A stretch of 64,000 bases of DNA from Gemmatimonadaceae bacterium (GTDB lineage Bacteria > Gemmatimonadota > Gemmatimonadetes > Gemmatimonadales > Gemmatimonadaceae): NCBI GenBank assembly GCA_035765135.1, contig DASTYE010000118.1, forward strand, positions 13,477 to 77,476, given 5' to 3'. The notes beneath the pieces are model-generated. The model was not told the DNA's origin, did no database searches, and was given only the letters and a program-made list of their open reading frames with translations. The translations under genes and the position numbers were made by a program. This document shows, piece after piece, positions 36,666 to 46,907 of the stretch (position 1 is the stretch's first letter; every line of letters starts with the position of its first letter).

Positions 36666-39584
36666 ATGAGCATGTCAACCGCCACGACCCCCGTCCTCGC
36701 CCCCGATCCCTTCGTCGCACGGCACATCGGGCCGACTGACGAGGAGGTAAAGGAGATGCTCGCCGCGCTGGGCTACGGCTCGCTCGATGAGCTCATCGAC
36801 GCGACCGTTCCCGCGGCCATTCGGCTGAACCGCCTGCTCGATCTGCCAGCCGCCCAATCGGAGCACGAAGCCCTGGCCGGCATGCGCGCCCTGGCGCGCA
36901 AGAATCGGCTGACCCGCTCCTTCCTCGGACTCGGCTTCAACGAGACGATCACGCCGCCGGCCATCCAGCGAAACGTGCTCGAGAACCCGGGCTGGTACAC
37001 GGCGTACACGCCCTATCAGGCCGAGATCGCGCAGGGCCGCCTCGAGGCGCTGCTGAACTTCCAGACGGTCGTAATCGACCTCACTGGTCTCGAGATCGCG
37101 AATGCCTCGCTGCTCGACGAGGCCACCGCAGCGGCCGAGGCGATGACGCTCGCGTACGCGGTGCGTGGAAAGCCGGGCAAGGAGACATTCTTCGTGTCGG
37201 AGCTGTGCCATCCGCAGACGATCGACGTCGTGAAGACACGCGCGCACGTTCGCGGCATCGACGTCGTCGTTGGGGATCACCGGACGGCGGCGCTCGGCGA
37301 TGACGTGTTCGGCGCGCTCGTGCAGTATCCAGGCACCGATGGCGTCATCTACGACTACCGCGAGTTCACCGGGAAGGCGCACGCGGCGGGCGCGCTCGTC
37401 GTGGCGGATGCGGACCTGCTCGCTCTCACGCTATTGACGCCGCCCGGCGAATGGGGCGCCGACATCGCTATCGGGAACACGCAGCGGTTCGGCGTCCCGC
37501 TCGGATACGGAGGGCCGCACGCCGCGTATCTCTCCACTCGTGACGAGTTCAAGCGTCAGCTTCCAGGGCGGATCATTGGGGTATCGCGTGATTCCGAGGG
37601 ACGGCCGGCACTCCGTATGGCGCTTCAGACGCGAGAGCAGCACATCCGGCGCGAGAAGGCAACGAGCAACGTCTGCACGGCGCAGGTGCTCCTCGCGGTG
37701 ATCGCGGGGATGTACGCCGTCTATCACGGCCCCGAAGGGCTTCGACGCATCGCACGGAACGTTCACCGGCTGGCGGCGCTGTTCGCGGCGGGGGTGCGCC
37801 GGCTCGGCTTCGAGGTGACGAGCGGCCCCTTCTTCGACACGGTGCGAGTCGAATGCGGCCAGGGCGCTCCGCGAGCTGCACAAACGATTGCCGACATTGC
37901 GGCGAAGAACGGAATGAATGTGCGCGTCGTCGGTGACGCTGCGATTACCGTCTCGTTCGGCGAGCCCCACTCTCTCCAGGACGTCGGCGACCTGCTGACC
38001 GCGTTCAACGGCGGCGCGAAACCGAGCTTCGATGTCGCGTCACTCGCGCGAGAGGCGGATGAGAAGTTCCAGACGCCACATGCGCGCACGACGCCGTATC
38101 TCCTGCACCCGGTGTTCAACTCGCATCACTCGGAAACCGAGCTGATGCGGTATCTCCGCAGGCTCGAGTCGCGTGATCTTTCACTCGTGCACTCGATGAT
38201 TCCGCTCGGCTCGTGCACGATGAAGCTCAATGCGGCGGCCGAGATGTATCCGATCACGTGGCCCGAGATCGGAGGACTGCATCCGTTCGCCCCGCGCTCG
38301 CAGGCTGAGGGCTACGCGGACATGTTCCGGCAGCTCGAGCGCGACCTCGCCGAGATCACCGGCTTCGCCGCGACCTCGCTGCAACCGAACGCCGGGTCTC
38401 AGGGCGAGTATACGGGGCTGCTGGTGATTCACGCGTATCATGCGTCCCGAGGTGAGACGCATCGCGACGTGTGCCTCATTCCCCAGTCGGCGCATGGAAC
38501 GAATCCGGCGAGCGCGGTAATGGCGGGGATGAAGGTCGTCGTCGTGAAGACGGACGAGGATGGCAACATCGATGTCGACGACCTTCGCGCGAAGGCGAAG
38601 GAGCACTCGGCCAGGCTCGCCGCGCTGATGGTCACGTATCCGTCGACGCACGGCGTCTTCGAGGAATCGATTCGCACGGTGTGCGAGATCGTTCACGAGC
38701 ACGGCGGGCAGGTGTACCTCGATGGCGCCAACATGAACGCGATGGTCGGCGTCGCGCGACCCGGCGACATCGGCGCTGACGTCTGTCACCTCAACCTGCA
38801 CAAGACGTTCTGCATCCCGCACGGGGGCGGCGGTCCCGGGATGGGACCGATCTGCGTCGCCGCGCACCTGGCGCCATTCCTTCCCGGGCATCCGGTGGTT
38901 CCCGTCGGCGGGAGGAAGGCGACCGGTGCGGTGAGCGCGGCACCCTGGGGCAGCGCGAGCATCCTTCCCATCTCGTACCTGTACATCCGCATGATGGGCG
39001 GCGAGGGACTGACGAAGGCGACGAAAGTGGCGATTCTGAACGCGAACTACATCGCGAAACGGCTCGAGGGGCACTTCGAAGTGCTGTACAAGGGTCGCAA
39101 CGGTACCGTCGCACACGAGTGCATTCTCGACACGCGCCCGCTCAAGCAGTTGGCGGGCGTTGACGTCGAGGACATCGCCAAGCGCCTGATGGATTACGGC
39201 TTCCACGCCCCGACGGTGTCGTTTCCGGTCGCGGGGACGCTCATGGTCGAGCCGACCGAGAGCGAATCGAAGGAGGAGCTCGATCGCTTCTGCGATGCGC
39301 TCATTTCCATTCGTGAGGAGGCGCGGGAGATCGAGCTCGGCATCATGGACCGGCAGAACAACCCGCTGAAGAACGCGCCGCACACGATGCACCGCGTGAT
39401 CGCCGCGGACTGGGACCGACCTTATTCACGCGAGCGCGCGGCATTCCCCGCGCCCTGGACGCGGGACTTCAAGTTCTGGCCGTCGGTTGGGCGAGTGGAA
39501 AGTGCCTACGGCGACCGGAACCTGGTGTGCTCCTGTCCGCCGACGGACGCCTATGCGGACGTCATTGCGAAGGCGGGGGACTAG
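36666..39584 (+). CDS. gcvP: glycine dehydrogenase (decarboxylating), single-chain P protein
   Basis: [50 protein letters not shown] and the PLP-lysine region [18 protein letters not shown]. About 970 aa from the ATG at 36666. Confidence 0.9.
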   Translation: MSMSTATTPVLAPDPFVARHIGPTDEEVKEMLAALGYGSLDELIDATVPAAIRLNRLLDLPAAQSEHEALAGMRALARKNRLTRSFLGLGFNETITPPAIQRNVLENPGWYTAYTPYQAEIAQGRLEALLNFQTVVIDLTGLEIANASLLDEATAAAEAMTLAYAVRGKPGKETFFVSELCHPQTIDVVKTRAHVRGIDVVVGDHRTAALGDDVFGALVQYPGTDGVIYDYREFTGKAHAAGALVVADADLLALTLLTPPGEWGADIAIGNTQRFGVPLGYGGPHAAYLSTRDEFKRQLPGRIIGVSRDSEGRPALRMALQTREQHIRREKATSNVCTAQVLLAVIAGMYAVYHGPEGLRRIARNVHRLAALFAAGVRRLGFEVTSGPFFDTVRVECGQGAPRAAQTIADIAAKNGMNVRVVGDAAITVSFGEPHSLQDVGDLLTAFNGGAKPSFDVASLAREADEKFQTPHARTTPYLLHPVFNSHHSETELMRYLRRLESRDLSLVHSMIPLGSCTMKLNAAAEMYPITWPEIGGLHPFAPRSQAEGYADMFRQLERDLAEITGFAATSLQPNAGSQGEYTGLLVIHAYHASRGETHRDVCLIPQSAHGTNPASAVMAGMKVVVVKTDEDGNIDVDDLRAKAKEHSARLAALMVTYPSTHGVFEESIRTVCEIVHEHGGQVYLDGANMNAMVGVARPGDIGADVCHLNLHKTFCIPHGGGGPGMGPICVAAHLAPFLPGHPVVPVGGRKATGAVSAAPWGSASILPISYLYIRMMGGEGLTKATKVAILNANYIAKRLEGHFEVLYKGRNGTVAHECILDTRPLKQLAGVDVEDIAKRLMDYGFHAPTVSFPVAGTLMVEPTESESKEELDRFCDALISIREEAREIELGIMDRQNNPLKNAPHTMHRVIAADWDRPYSRERAAFPAPWTRDFKFWPSVGRVESAYGDRNLVCSCPPTDAYADVIAKAGD

Positions 39585-39599
39585 CTCGTTGGGCTCGGG

Positions 39600-39989
39600 C
39601 TACTGTCCGATGTGCTTCGCGTAGGCCGCCGCGTCGAGCAGCTGCTTCCGCTCTCCCTCGTTCTTCACCCGCACGCGGAGCATCCAGCCTTCGCCGTATG
39701 GGTCCGTGTTGACGAGCGCGGGCTCCTTGTCGAGCCGCGTGTTGATGGCGACCACCTCGCCGCTCAACGGGGAGAAGAGCTCGGACACCGCCTTCACCGC
39801 TTCGATCGTGCCGAACACATCCATGCGGTTGAAGGTGGTCCCGACCTGCGGAAGCTCGATGTACACGACGTCGCCAAGCTCACTCTGCGCGTAGTCGGTG
39901 ATACCGATCTGAACGACCCCGGATTCGCCGGTCCCCTTCACGTACTCGTGCTCCTCCGTGTAGAGGAGATCCTTGGGAATGTCGGCCAC
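39600..39989 (-). CDS. gcvH: glycine cleavage system H protein
   Basis: YTEEHEYV...GITDYAQSELGDVVYIELP...GTIEAVKAVSELFSPLSGEV contains the lipoyl-lysine motif. The GTG at 39989 has GGAG 8 nt upstream. The ORF is open to a TTG at 40022. Confidence 0.85.
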   Translation of the reverse strand: MADIPKDLLYTEEHEYVKGTGESGVVQIGITDYAQSELGDVVYIELPQVGTTFNRMDVFGTIEAVKAVSELFSPLSGEVVAINTRLDKEPALVNTDPYGEGWMLRVRVKNEGERKQLLDAAAYAKHIGQ

Positions 39990-40062
39990 GCGCGGTGCTC
40001 CGTGAGGGGGAAACGGCGCCAAGTCTAGACGGGCTTGGGAGCGGAGTCAAGCAGCCGTTTCC

Positions 40063-40677
40063 CTAAGAAGCCGCGGGCCTTGCATCCCTCTCCAACGCGT
40101 CCCAGATCTCCCGCGCACGTTGCGTCAGCTCCGCCATTGTTCCGGCGTTGTCGATGATGTAATCCGCGCGCGCTCGCTTCAGCTCGGCCGGCATCTGCGA
40201 GGCGATCATCCTCATCGCTTCAGTCATCTCCAGGCCGCGGGCGTGGACGAGTCGGTCCATGCGTACGGGGCGCGGAGCATCCACGAGCACGATCCGGTCG
40301 AACTGCTCGGCGAGTCGGCGCTCGAAGAGCAACGGAACGTCGCAGACGACGATACGGTCTCCGCGACGGCGCGCCTCATCCACGAGCTGGTCGCGCAACC
40401 GCTGCACCTCCGGATGCACGATCGCGTTGAGCGCCTCGAGCTGCTCGCTGTCGGAAAATACACGCTGCCGCAGCTCGCGACGGTCGATGGGACCGTCCGG
40501 AGCGGTGACCTCCTCTCCCCAGCGCTCGACGATCGCCTGATACGCCGGCGTGCCGACCTCCACCGCTTGCCGAGCGAGCACGTCGGCGTCGATCAGCGTG
40601 GCGCCCCAGCCTGAGAACAGCTGGGCGACGCTCGACTTCCCGCTGGCAATGTTGCCGGTGAGCCCGACGAGCAGCAT
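40063..40677 (-). CDS. coaE: dephospho-CoA kinase
   Basis: MLLVGLTGNIASGKSSV P-loop, IVHPEV, and VCDVPLLFE. Confidence 0.85.
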   Translation of the reverse strand: MLLVGLTGNIASGKSSVAQLFSGWGATLIDADVLARQAVEVGTPAYQAIVERWGEEVTAPDGPIDRRELRQRVFSDSEQLEALNAIVHPEVQRLRDQLVDEARRRGDRIVVCDVPLLFERRLAEQFDRIVLVDAPRPVRMDRLVHARGLEMTEAMRMIASQMPAELKRARADYIIDNAGTMAELTQRAREIWDALERDARPAAS

Positions 40678-40749
40678 GCGAGTCTCCAGAACGTCAGGGA
40701 ACGTGCGCGCAAGCTATGGTGCGCCGGATGCGAGAGTCAACAGTGGCGG

Positions 40750-41355
40750 TCACAACAGGGGCACCTGGTTTTCGTCGGCGCGCGGCACCTGATGACAATG
40801 GCGACACCGTGCCTCGTACGACTCGCGTCCTCCCACCATGATCGTCGGCGAGTCGTACGTCGCGGGGCGCCCGTCGATGATCCGCTGGTTCCGGCTCGCC
40901 GGCCCACCACAGATCACGCAGATCGCGTGCAACTTGTCCACCAGCTCCGCGTCGGCCATGAGCTGCGGCATCGCGCCGAACGGCTCTCCGCGGAAATCCG
41001 TGTCCGTCCCGGCGATGATCACCCGCAACCCGCGCATCGCGAACGATCTGACCAGCGGGACGATCCCCGCGTCCAGAAACTGCGCCTCGTCGATGGCGAT
41101 GACATCGGCCAGTGCGTTGAGCTGTTGAGCGATCTGCATCGACGAATCGATGGGGATCGCCTCCACGGACCGGCCATCGTGGCTGGAAACCGCGTACAGC
41201 CCCTGATAGCGCTCGTCGAGGTGCGACTTGAAAACCTGCACTTTCTTCTTCGCGATCATCGCACGACGAACGCGGCGAATGAGCTCCTCGCTCTTGCCGC
41301 TGAACATGACCCCCGCGATGACCTCGATCCAGCCGCCGCGCGCGCCGTAGAGCAT
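40750..41355 (-). CDS. tdk: thymidine kinase
   Basis: [15 protein letters not shown]-loop, IDEAQFL, and the C-terminal zinc motifs C-x2-C (ICVICG) and RCRHCH. Confidence 0.85.
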   Translation of the reverse strand: MLYGARGGWIEVIAGVMFSGKSEELIRRVRRAMIAKKKVQVFKSHLDERYQGLYAVSSHDGRSVEAIPIDSSMQIAQQLNALADVIAIDEAQFLDAGIVPLVRSFAMRGLRVIIAGTDTDFRGEPFGAMPQLMADAELVDKLHAICVICGGPASRNQRIIDGRPATYDSPTIMVGGRESYEARCRHCHQVPRADENQVPLL

Positions 41356-41364
41356 GCCGTGCGT

Positions 41365-43035
41365 CTACTCGCCTTCGGTTGCCGGTGGGCGACGGCGCTC
41401 GACGTCGCCGCGAGGTCGCCGCGGCCCCCGCTCGCTACGCTCGCCTCGTTCACCGCGATCGCGCGGCCCGCGCTCGCTACGGCCCGCGCGGTCACCACGA
41501 AACCCGGGTCCGGCGCGCTCGCTGCGACCTGCACCCTCGCGCCCCTTGTCCACACGAGCGACGAGGCGGCGACCGCGGAGCGTCGTGCCGGTCAACGCGC
41601 TGGCCACACGCTCCGCCTCGCCACTGGAGATCTCGACAAGGGAATGGTTCTCGCGAAGCTCGATCTTTCCGATGTGCTCGCGCGTGACACCGGCCTCCCC
41701 CGTGATGGCGCCCACCAGATCCCCAGGCCCCACCCGGTCGCGTGTTCCAGCGCCGACGAAGATGCGCGTCCAGCCCCCAGGCGCGGCCGCCGCCGCTGCA
41801 GGCGCGTGGGCTGGCGCAACCGCACGCGCGACGTCGCGAGTGCGCTCGCGCTCGCGCTCCAGGAGATGGAGGGCCGCCGACGCGATCTCGACGCCATCGT
41901 ACTCCTCGAGAAGCGGCTCGAGGGCGAGCATCTCATGCGTTGGAATGCCGCGCGTGAGGACCTCCCGGAGTTGCGTTCGCAACGATGCCATTCGCTTCCG
42001 GGCGCTGGCCGGCGCCGGCGACGCCGGCAGCGGTGTCACGGGCCCGCCACCACTCAACGCTCGTAAGGCATCGAGCTGCCGTGGCTGAACGATCGCGACG
42101 ACGCTCGGCGTCGCCCCACCCATGACGGCGCGAAGCTCATCACGACTGGGGAGGTCGAGCAATACCAGCGTGTCGGCCTCGATCACTGGACCGCCTCGCG
42201 TGACCCGGACGCCGCCGTCCTCGGCGGGGTGCCCGAGCGACTCGATGAGTGCGCGAACCTCGTGCTCCGTCGCCTCCGATCGCGTGAACACGGCGGCGAC
42301 CTCCGGGTCGAGCTCGTCGAGCACACGCTGCAGCGCCGCGAGTTTTCCCCACGATGACGTCGCCACGTAGCGTATGGGTACCGCGCCGCCCTCGCTGGCC
42401 GTTTCGCCGGAGCGGCGAGCGCGTCTGGCATAACGCTCGATGAGCTGCTCCAGCTCGGGGGTTTGTCGTGAGGCAATGATCGTTCGCGCCGCCTCTTTCG
42501 GGACCTCGGCGAGCAACGACTCGAGCGCTTCCGTCGACGCAGCGTCGTCCACGATCTCGTCCACCCAGGCCAGCGTGAGCGCGCGAACACGCTCGAGCTT
42601 GAGCACGGAGGTACGCACGAGCTCGAGAAGCTCCGCGGGCGCGCCGATGACACCGTGAACGGGCGGAACACGGAGCAGGCGCGTCGCGCGTCGCGGGCTC
42701 GACGCGGGGACGATGCGAAGCCCGGCGGCCTCAGGGAGCGTCGAGACCGCCCGCGCGAACGTAATGGCGGTGTCGGGATCGGGCACCACGAGGAGAAGCT
42801 GCAGCTCGGGAACACCGCGATCGATACGCTCGAGCATCGCCGCGAGCACGCCAGCCGCCGATGTCATGTCATGCGGAAGGATGTGGACGGCGTTCTGGCT
42901 GCGTCCAACGCTCGCCGGCTCGCGCTCGTCGTGTTCGGTGATTCGCCCGTGCTGCTCCACTGGTGCCTCCGTTGTCAATGGCGTCCCCACGACCCGGGGT
43001 GTTAAAGTATACTCGCACACCCCATTTCCCTCCAC
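41365..43035 (-). CDS. degenerate DEAD-box-helicase-like protein with DbpA-type RNA-binding domain and RG-rich tail
   Basis: The C-terminal WTRIFVGAGTRDRVGPGDLVGAITGEAGVTREHIGKIELRENHSLVEI...RGRRLVARV matches a DbpA/GUCT domain. The N-terminal two-RecA-like region lacks GxGKT (SAAGV instead), has VDEI for DEAD and ASR for SAT. The tail is an RSERG/RGD-rich low-complexity stretch. Confidence 0.55.
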   Translation of the reverse strand: MEGNGVCEYTLTPRVVGTPLTTEAPVEQHGRITEHDEREPASVGRSQNAVHILPHDMTSAAGVLAAMLERIDRGVPELQLLLVVPDPDTAITFARAVSTLPEAAGLRIVPASSPRRATRLLRVPPVHGVIGAPAELLELVRTSVLKLERVRALTLAWVDEIVDDAASTEALESLLAEVPKEAARTIIASRQTPELEQLIERYARRARRSGETASEGGAVPIRYVATSSWGKLAALQRVLDELDPEVAAVFTRSEATEHEVRALIESLGHPAEDGGVRVTRGGPVIEADTLVLLDLPSRDELRAVMGGATPSVVAIVQPRQLDALRALSGGGPVTPLPASPAPASARKRMASLRTQLREVLTRGIPTHEMLALEPLLEEYDGVEIASAALHLLERERERTRDVARAVAPAHAPAAAAAAPGGWTRIFVGAGTRDRVGPGDLVGAITGEAGVTREHIGKIELRENHSLVEISSGEAERVASALTGTTLRGRRLVARVDKGREGAGRSERAGPGFRGDRAGRSERGPRDRGERGERSERGPRRPRGDVERRRPPATEGE

Positions 43036-43044
43036 CGCCTCCGC

Positions 43045-44265
43045 ATGTCCCTGCTCGCTGGCACTCGCAGCAATCGCGCCTTCGTGCCCTCAGGAAACAT
43101 CGCGCAGCTGCGCGAATCCGCGACGATCGCCGTCTCGGCACGCGCCAAGGCGCTCCGGGCGGCCGGCCGCGCGATCATCGACCTTGGCGCCGGCGAGCCG
43201 GATTTCGACACGCCGGAGTTCATTCGACGCGCCGCGCAGCGCGCCATCGATGCCGGCGCGACGCGTTACACCGCCACCGAAGGGATTCTCCCCCTTCGCG
43301 AGGCGATCGCCCGACAGGCGAGCGAGGCGGGCGCCAGTATTTCCCATGGGAATGTCGTCGTGTCCACGGGCTCCAAGCAGTCACTCTTCAACGCGTGCTT
43401 CTGCTTGTTCGGCGAAGGCGATGACGTGCTCATTCCGACGCCGAGCTGGACGAGCTATTACGAGATGGTCTCGCTGTCGCGCGCGAACGCCGTGCCGGTG
43501 TTCGGCGATCCAGCGAGCGGATGGAAGGTCACGCCGTCGATGCTGGAGACCGCGTCCACCTCCCGGACAAAGGGCGTAATGCTCAACTCGCCCTGCAACC
43601 CGACCGGCGCGGTGTATTCGCGTGACGAGCTGACCGCGCTGCTCGAGTTTGCGCAGGAGCGTGGATGGTGGGTGATCAGCGACGAGATATACCGCGTCAT
43701 TTCGTACCGCGAGGCGATCGCGACGTCCGCGCTCGAGGTCGCGTCGTCGCTCGATCGGCTCGTCATCGTCGATGGCGTGGCGAAAGCCTACGCAATGACA
43801 GGATGGCGAATCGGCTGGGCGATCGCGCCACGCGAGCTCGCGTCGGCAATGACCGCGCTTCAGTCGCACACCACCTCGAACGCCGCGGCGCCTTCGCAGC
43901 ACGCTGCGCTTGCGGCGCTCACCAGTCGCGAGGAAGCGAGCGCCTCGGTCGCATCGATGGTCGCCGAGTTTCGGCGGAGGCGCGACGCGGTGATCGCGAT
44001 CGTGCGCGGCGAGCCGGGACTCGAGGTCATCGAGCCGGAAGGCGCGTTCTATCTGTTCGCGCGAGTCGGTGGCGACGATCCAGAGCGCGACGACGGTGCG
44101 GAGTTCGCGCGACGTCTGCTCGAGGAGCATGAGGTGGCGGTCGTGCCGGGGTCGGCCTTTCTGACCCCGGGCTGGGTGCGAATGTCATACGCCGCTCCCA
44201 TCACCAGCGTCGTCGAGGGCACGCGCCGACTGGTGAAGCTATGGCGCGAAATCAACGGTCGATGA
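43045..44265 (+). CDS. class I/II pyridoxal-phosphate-dependent aminotransferase (aspartate aminotransferase-like)
   Basis: GEPDFDTP, NSPCNPTGAVYSRDEL, the PLP lysine in DGVAKAYAMTGWRIGW, and C-terminal RMSYA. Confidence 0.85.
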   Translation: MSLLAGTRSNRAFVPSGNIAQLRESATIAVSARAKALRAAGRAIIDLGAGEPDFDTPEFIRRAAQRAIDAGATRYTATEGILPLREAIARQASEAGASISHGNVVVSTGSKQSLFNACFCLFGEGDDVLIPTPSWTSYYEMVSLSRANAVPVFGDPASGWKVTPSMLETASTSRTKGVMLNSPCNPTGAVYSRDELTALLEFAQERGWWVISDEIYRVISYREAIATSALEVASSLDRLVIVDGVAKAYAMTGWRIGWAIAPRELASAMTALQSHTTSNAAAPSQHAALAALTSREEASASVASMVAEFRRRRDAVIAIVRGEPGLEVIEPEGAFYLFARVGGDDPERDDGAEFARRLLEEHEVAVVPGSAFLTPGWVRMSYAAPITSVVEGTRRLVKLWREINGR

Positions 44266-44417
44266 ACGCTCTGGCGCCTCGCGCCGGGGCCCGTATCTTG
44301 GCAACGAAGGCCGCCGATGTCGTGCCCTCCGCAACGCCGCGCCACGCGTGGCACGCGTTCGGCCTCGCCATTCCGTGACGCGTCCAGAATACTGAAGGCC
44401 CCCAACGGAGTGCTCTC

Positions 44418-44918
44418 GTGAACATCGCCGTGCAAGTCGAGCCGATCAGCGCGCTGTCCGACGTCGAGTATCGTTGGGATCCCGACACCGACATCCTCAC
44501 GGCGAGCCTCCGCAATGGTGCGACCGGCAAGGGAATGAGCGGATCGGTCGAGCTCACGGGGAGTGATGGCTCATGGGTCGTGCTCGATGTCGAGGCAGGT
44601 CGCATTCACGGCGTCGAGGTCGCCGTGTGGCCCGACGTGCGCAAGGTCGCGACCCTCGTGCCGCCCGCCGACGCACAGAACGCCAGCATCGTCGTCCCAT
44701 CTCGCGGATCGCAGCCTGAGGTGGCCGCCGTCGAAGTGGATACATCGCTCATCGCCGAAGCGGATCAGTCCGAGCGCACCATCCACTTCAAGCTCGGCGT
44801 CAAACGTCCCGCGCGCGCCGTGCGCTTCGCGCGCGACCTGGTGATCGAGCTCGACGATCGCGATCGCATCGCGGGGCTGTGGCTGCTCAACGTGCCCCCG
44901 TTTCCCGAGGACGAATGA
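44418..44918 (+). CDS. hypothetical protein with two DUF2283-like modules
   Basis: YRWDPDTDILTASL...VVLDVEAGRIHGVEVAVWP, and a second copy HFKLG...LVIELDDRDRIAGLWLLNVP, resemble the YDxExDxL...D.d..G.ivGiEi pattern. GTG start. Confidence 0.35.
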   Translation: MNIAVQVEPISALSDVEYRWDPDTDILTASLRNGATGKGMSGSVELTGSDGSWVVLDVEAGRIHGVEVAVWPDVRKVATLVPPADAQNASIVVPSRGSQPEVAAVEVDTSLIAEADQSERTIHFKLGVKRPARAVRFARDLVIELDDRDRIAGLWLLNVPPFPEDE

Positions 44919-45193
44919 TCACGACCATCGTGCTCATTCGTGCGGACCCCAAGGTCATCCCGCAGGTCGCGCAGCGCCTGGCCGGCATCGACGGGGTGAC
45001 CGATGTCTACTCCGTCTCCGGCGAATGGGACCTCGTCGCGATCGTCAAGGTGGCCGAGTACGATCGAATCGCGCAGGTCGTGACGGAGGAGTTCGTCAAG
45101 GTGCCCGGCATCGAGCGGACGCAGACACTGACCGCGTTTCGCGCCTACTCGAAGAAAGACCTCGAGCAGGCGTGGGACCTCGGTGTTGAATAG
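44915..45193 (+). CDS. stand-alone Lrp/AsnC ligand-binding (RAM) domain protein
   Basis: MITTIVLIRADPKVIPQVAQRLAGIDGVTDVYSVSGEWDLVAIVKV matches the AsnC_trans_reg fold without an HTH. ATGA overlap with the upstream gene. Confidence 0.6.
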   Translation: MITTIVLIRADPKVIPQVAQRLAGIDGVTDVYSVSGEWDLVAIVKVAEYDRIAQVVTEEFVKVPGIERTQTLTAFRAYSKKDLEQAWDLGVE

Positions 45194-45223
45194 GGCTGTA
45201 ACGCCACCCCGGAACAACGCCCC

Positions 45224-45853
45224 GTGAGCGATCGCGTCGACGAGTACATCACCTCGCTCTTCGCGCGCGATGACGACGTCCTCGCGGCGCTCCGTGAGGC
45301 CGCCGACCGCGAGGGTCTTCCCCCGATCTCGATCGGCGCCGTCACCGGGCGTCTCCTCCAGGTTCTCATCTCCGCCGTGCGCGCCGAGCGTGTGCTCGAG
45401 GTCGGCACGCTCGGCGGATACTCGGCGATCTGGATGGCGCGTGCGCTGCCGCGCTCAGGTCGCCTCGTTACGATCGAGATCGACGAGCGACACGCGGACT
45501 TCGCGCGACGCTACTTCACGCGCGCGGGACTCGACGATCGCATCGAGGTACGCGTTGGTCGGGCGCTGGACGTCCTTCCAGCGTTCGACGGTGAGCGATT
45601 CGACGTGGTGTTTCTCGATGCGGACAAGGAGCCGCTCCCCACCTATCTGGACTGGTCGCTTCGCCTCTTGCGGCCGGGCGGCCTGCTCGTCGCCGACAAC
45701 GCGCTGTGGGGCGGACGTGTGCTCGATCCGGCGACCGAGGACGAGGGGACGCGCGGTGTTCGCGAGTTCAACCGGCGTCTGGCGACCGACGAGCGCCTCC
45801 GGGGGACGATCATTCCGGTCGGCGATGGACTCGCGGTCGCGGTGGTGGGGTAG
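45224..45853 (+). CDS. class I SAM-dependent O-methyltransferase (caffeoyl-CoA OMT family)
   Basis: VLEVGTLGGYSAIWMARAL (motif I), VVFLDADKEPLPTYLDW and LLVADNALWGGRV. Confidence 0.75.
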   Translation: MSDRVDEYITSLFARDDDVLAALREAADREGLPPISIGAVTGRLLQVLISAVRAERVLEVGTLGGYSAIWMARALPRSGRLVTIEIDERHADFARRYFTRAGLDDRIEVRVGRALDVLPAFDGERFDVVFLDADKEPLPTYLDWSLRLLRPGGLLVADNALWGGRVLDPATEDEGTRGVREFNRRLATDERLRGTIIPVGDGLAVAVVG

Positions 45854-45865
45854 GGCGGCGGCCTG

Positions 45866-46843
45866 CTATTTCCCCTCATCGAGACACCAGCTCGACCGCC
45901 CTCGGAAAACCTCCCGCCAGCGCCCGTTCATCCACGCCAGCACGACCAGCGACGATTCCTGTCCGATGCCCCACTCCTCGGCCACGATCTCGTCGATACC
46001 GTCGCCGGTGACGTCGAGATGGTCGAAGAATCGGCGGTACACGGCGTTCGAGATCGGCCCGTTCACGACGTGGGCCATTGTCGGCGCATAGCCCTCGCCG
46101 TCGCGGTCGGCGATGACGAAGAGATGGACCGTGTTCGTCGTTGGCGAGCTCGCATCGGCCGCCGTCGGGTCGATGTAGGAGGCGACGATCGTCGGCGAGT
46201 CAGTAGCGCCGGTATTGATCGCCACCGCCCGGTAGTCGAGCGCATCGAGCATCTTCCAGTCGATGTTCTCGGGCGCGCCCGCCTCAATGGCGACGTCGCG
46301 GCCAGCCTTCCGGAGCTCGCCGCCCGAGAGGGACTTGGCGCTGTGGGACTGCTGGCGGGTGAACGAGCCGGCGAGCGCCTCGACGGTGTAGGAGGATTTC
46401 GTCAGTCCGGCGACGCTGACGGCCGCGAGCGGTGTCAGGGCCTGACAGCCGGGCAGGGTGTAGAGGGGATTCTCCTGACGCTCCCACATTCCCTGGCGGA
46501 CGGTGGCCGTGCCCTGCGCGCGGCCGCCCTGATAGACCTTGTACGCCTTGCCGCGGCGCATGTACATCGCGTCGAACTGGTGCCACCCGGTTTGCGACAG
46601 AACGATCTTCTTGAGCTGTCCGCCCTCGACGGCCGCGATCGGGATCATTCGCGGGTCCTCTCTCTCTCCGAAAACCTGGAAGAGGATGTCGGGGCGCGCG
46701 GCGAGATTCAGCGCCTCGCTGGGGGCGACCTGCGGAGGAGCCGGCTGCTCTCCTCCGATGAACCCTTTCGCCTTGTCACACCCAGTGACCACCGTTACGA
46801 TGCTCACCAGTGTGGCGATTCGCTTGATGACGGACGCGCGCAT
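45866..46843 (-). CDS. hypothetical lipoprotein
   Basis: ATG at 46843 gives MRASVIKRIATLVSIVTVVTGC (lipobox). The ORF is open to 47077. I recognise no family. Confidence 0.45.
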   Translation of the reverse strand: MRASVIKRIATLVSIVTVVTGCDKAKGFIGGEQPAPPQVAPSEALNLAARPDILFQVFGEREDPRMIPIAAVEGGQLKKIVLSQTGWHQFDAMYMRRGKAYKVYQGGRAQGTATVRQGMWERQENPLYTLPGCQALTPLAAVSVAGLTKSSYTVEALAGSFTRQQSHSAKSLSGGELRKAGRDVAIEAGAPENIDWKMLDALDYRAVAINTGATDSPTIVASYIDPTAADASSPTTNTVHLFVIADRDGEGYAPTMAHVVNGPISNAVYRRFFDHLDVTGDGIDEIVAEEWGIGQESSLVVLAWMNGRWREVFRGRSSWCLDEGK

Positions 46844-46907
46844 CAACTCGCGGAAGTGAAGACGAGAGCACGGTCGCTGAACGCGGCCGATCGGCGGGAC
46901 TGAGACG

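Noticed and set aside
38181-39392. 403-aa minus-strand ORF inside gcvP
   Set aside because: It is an antisense shadow ORF. gcvP on the plus strand is unambiguous.
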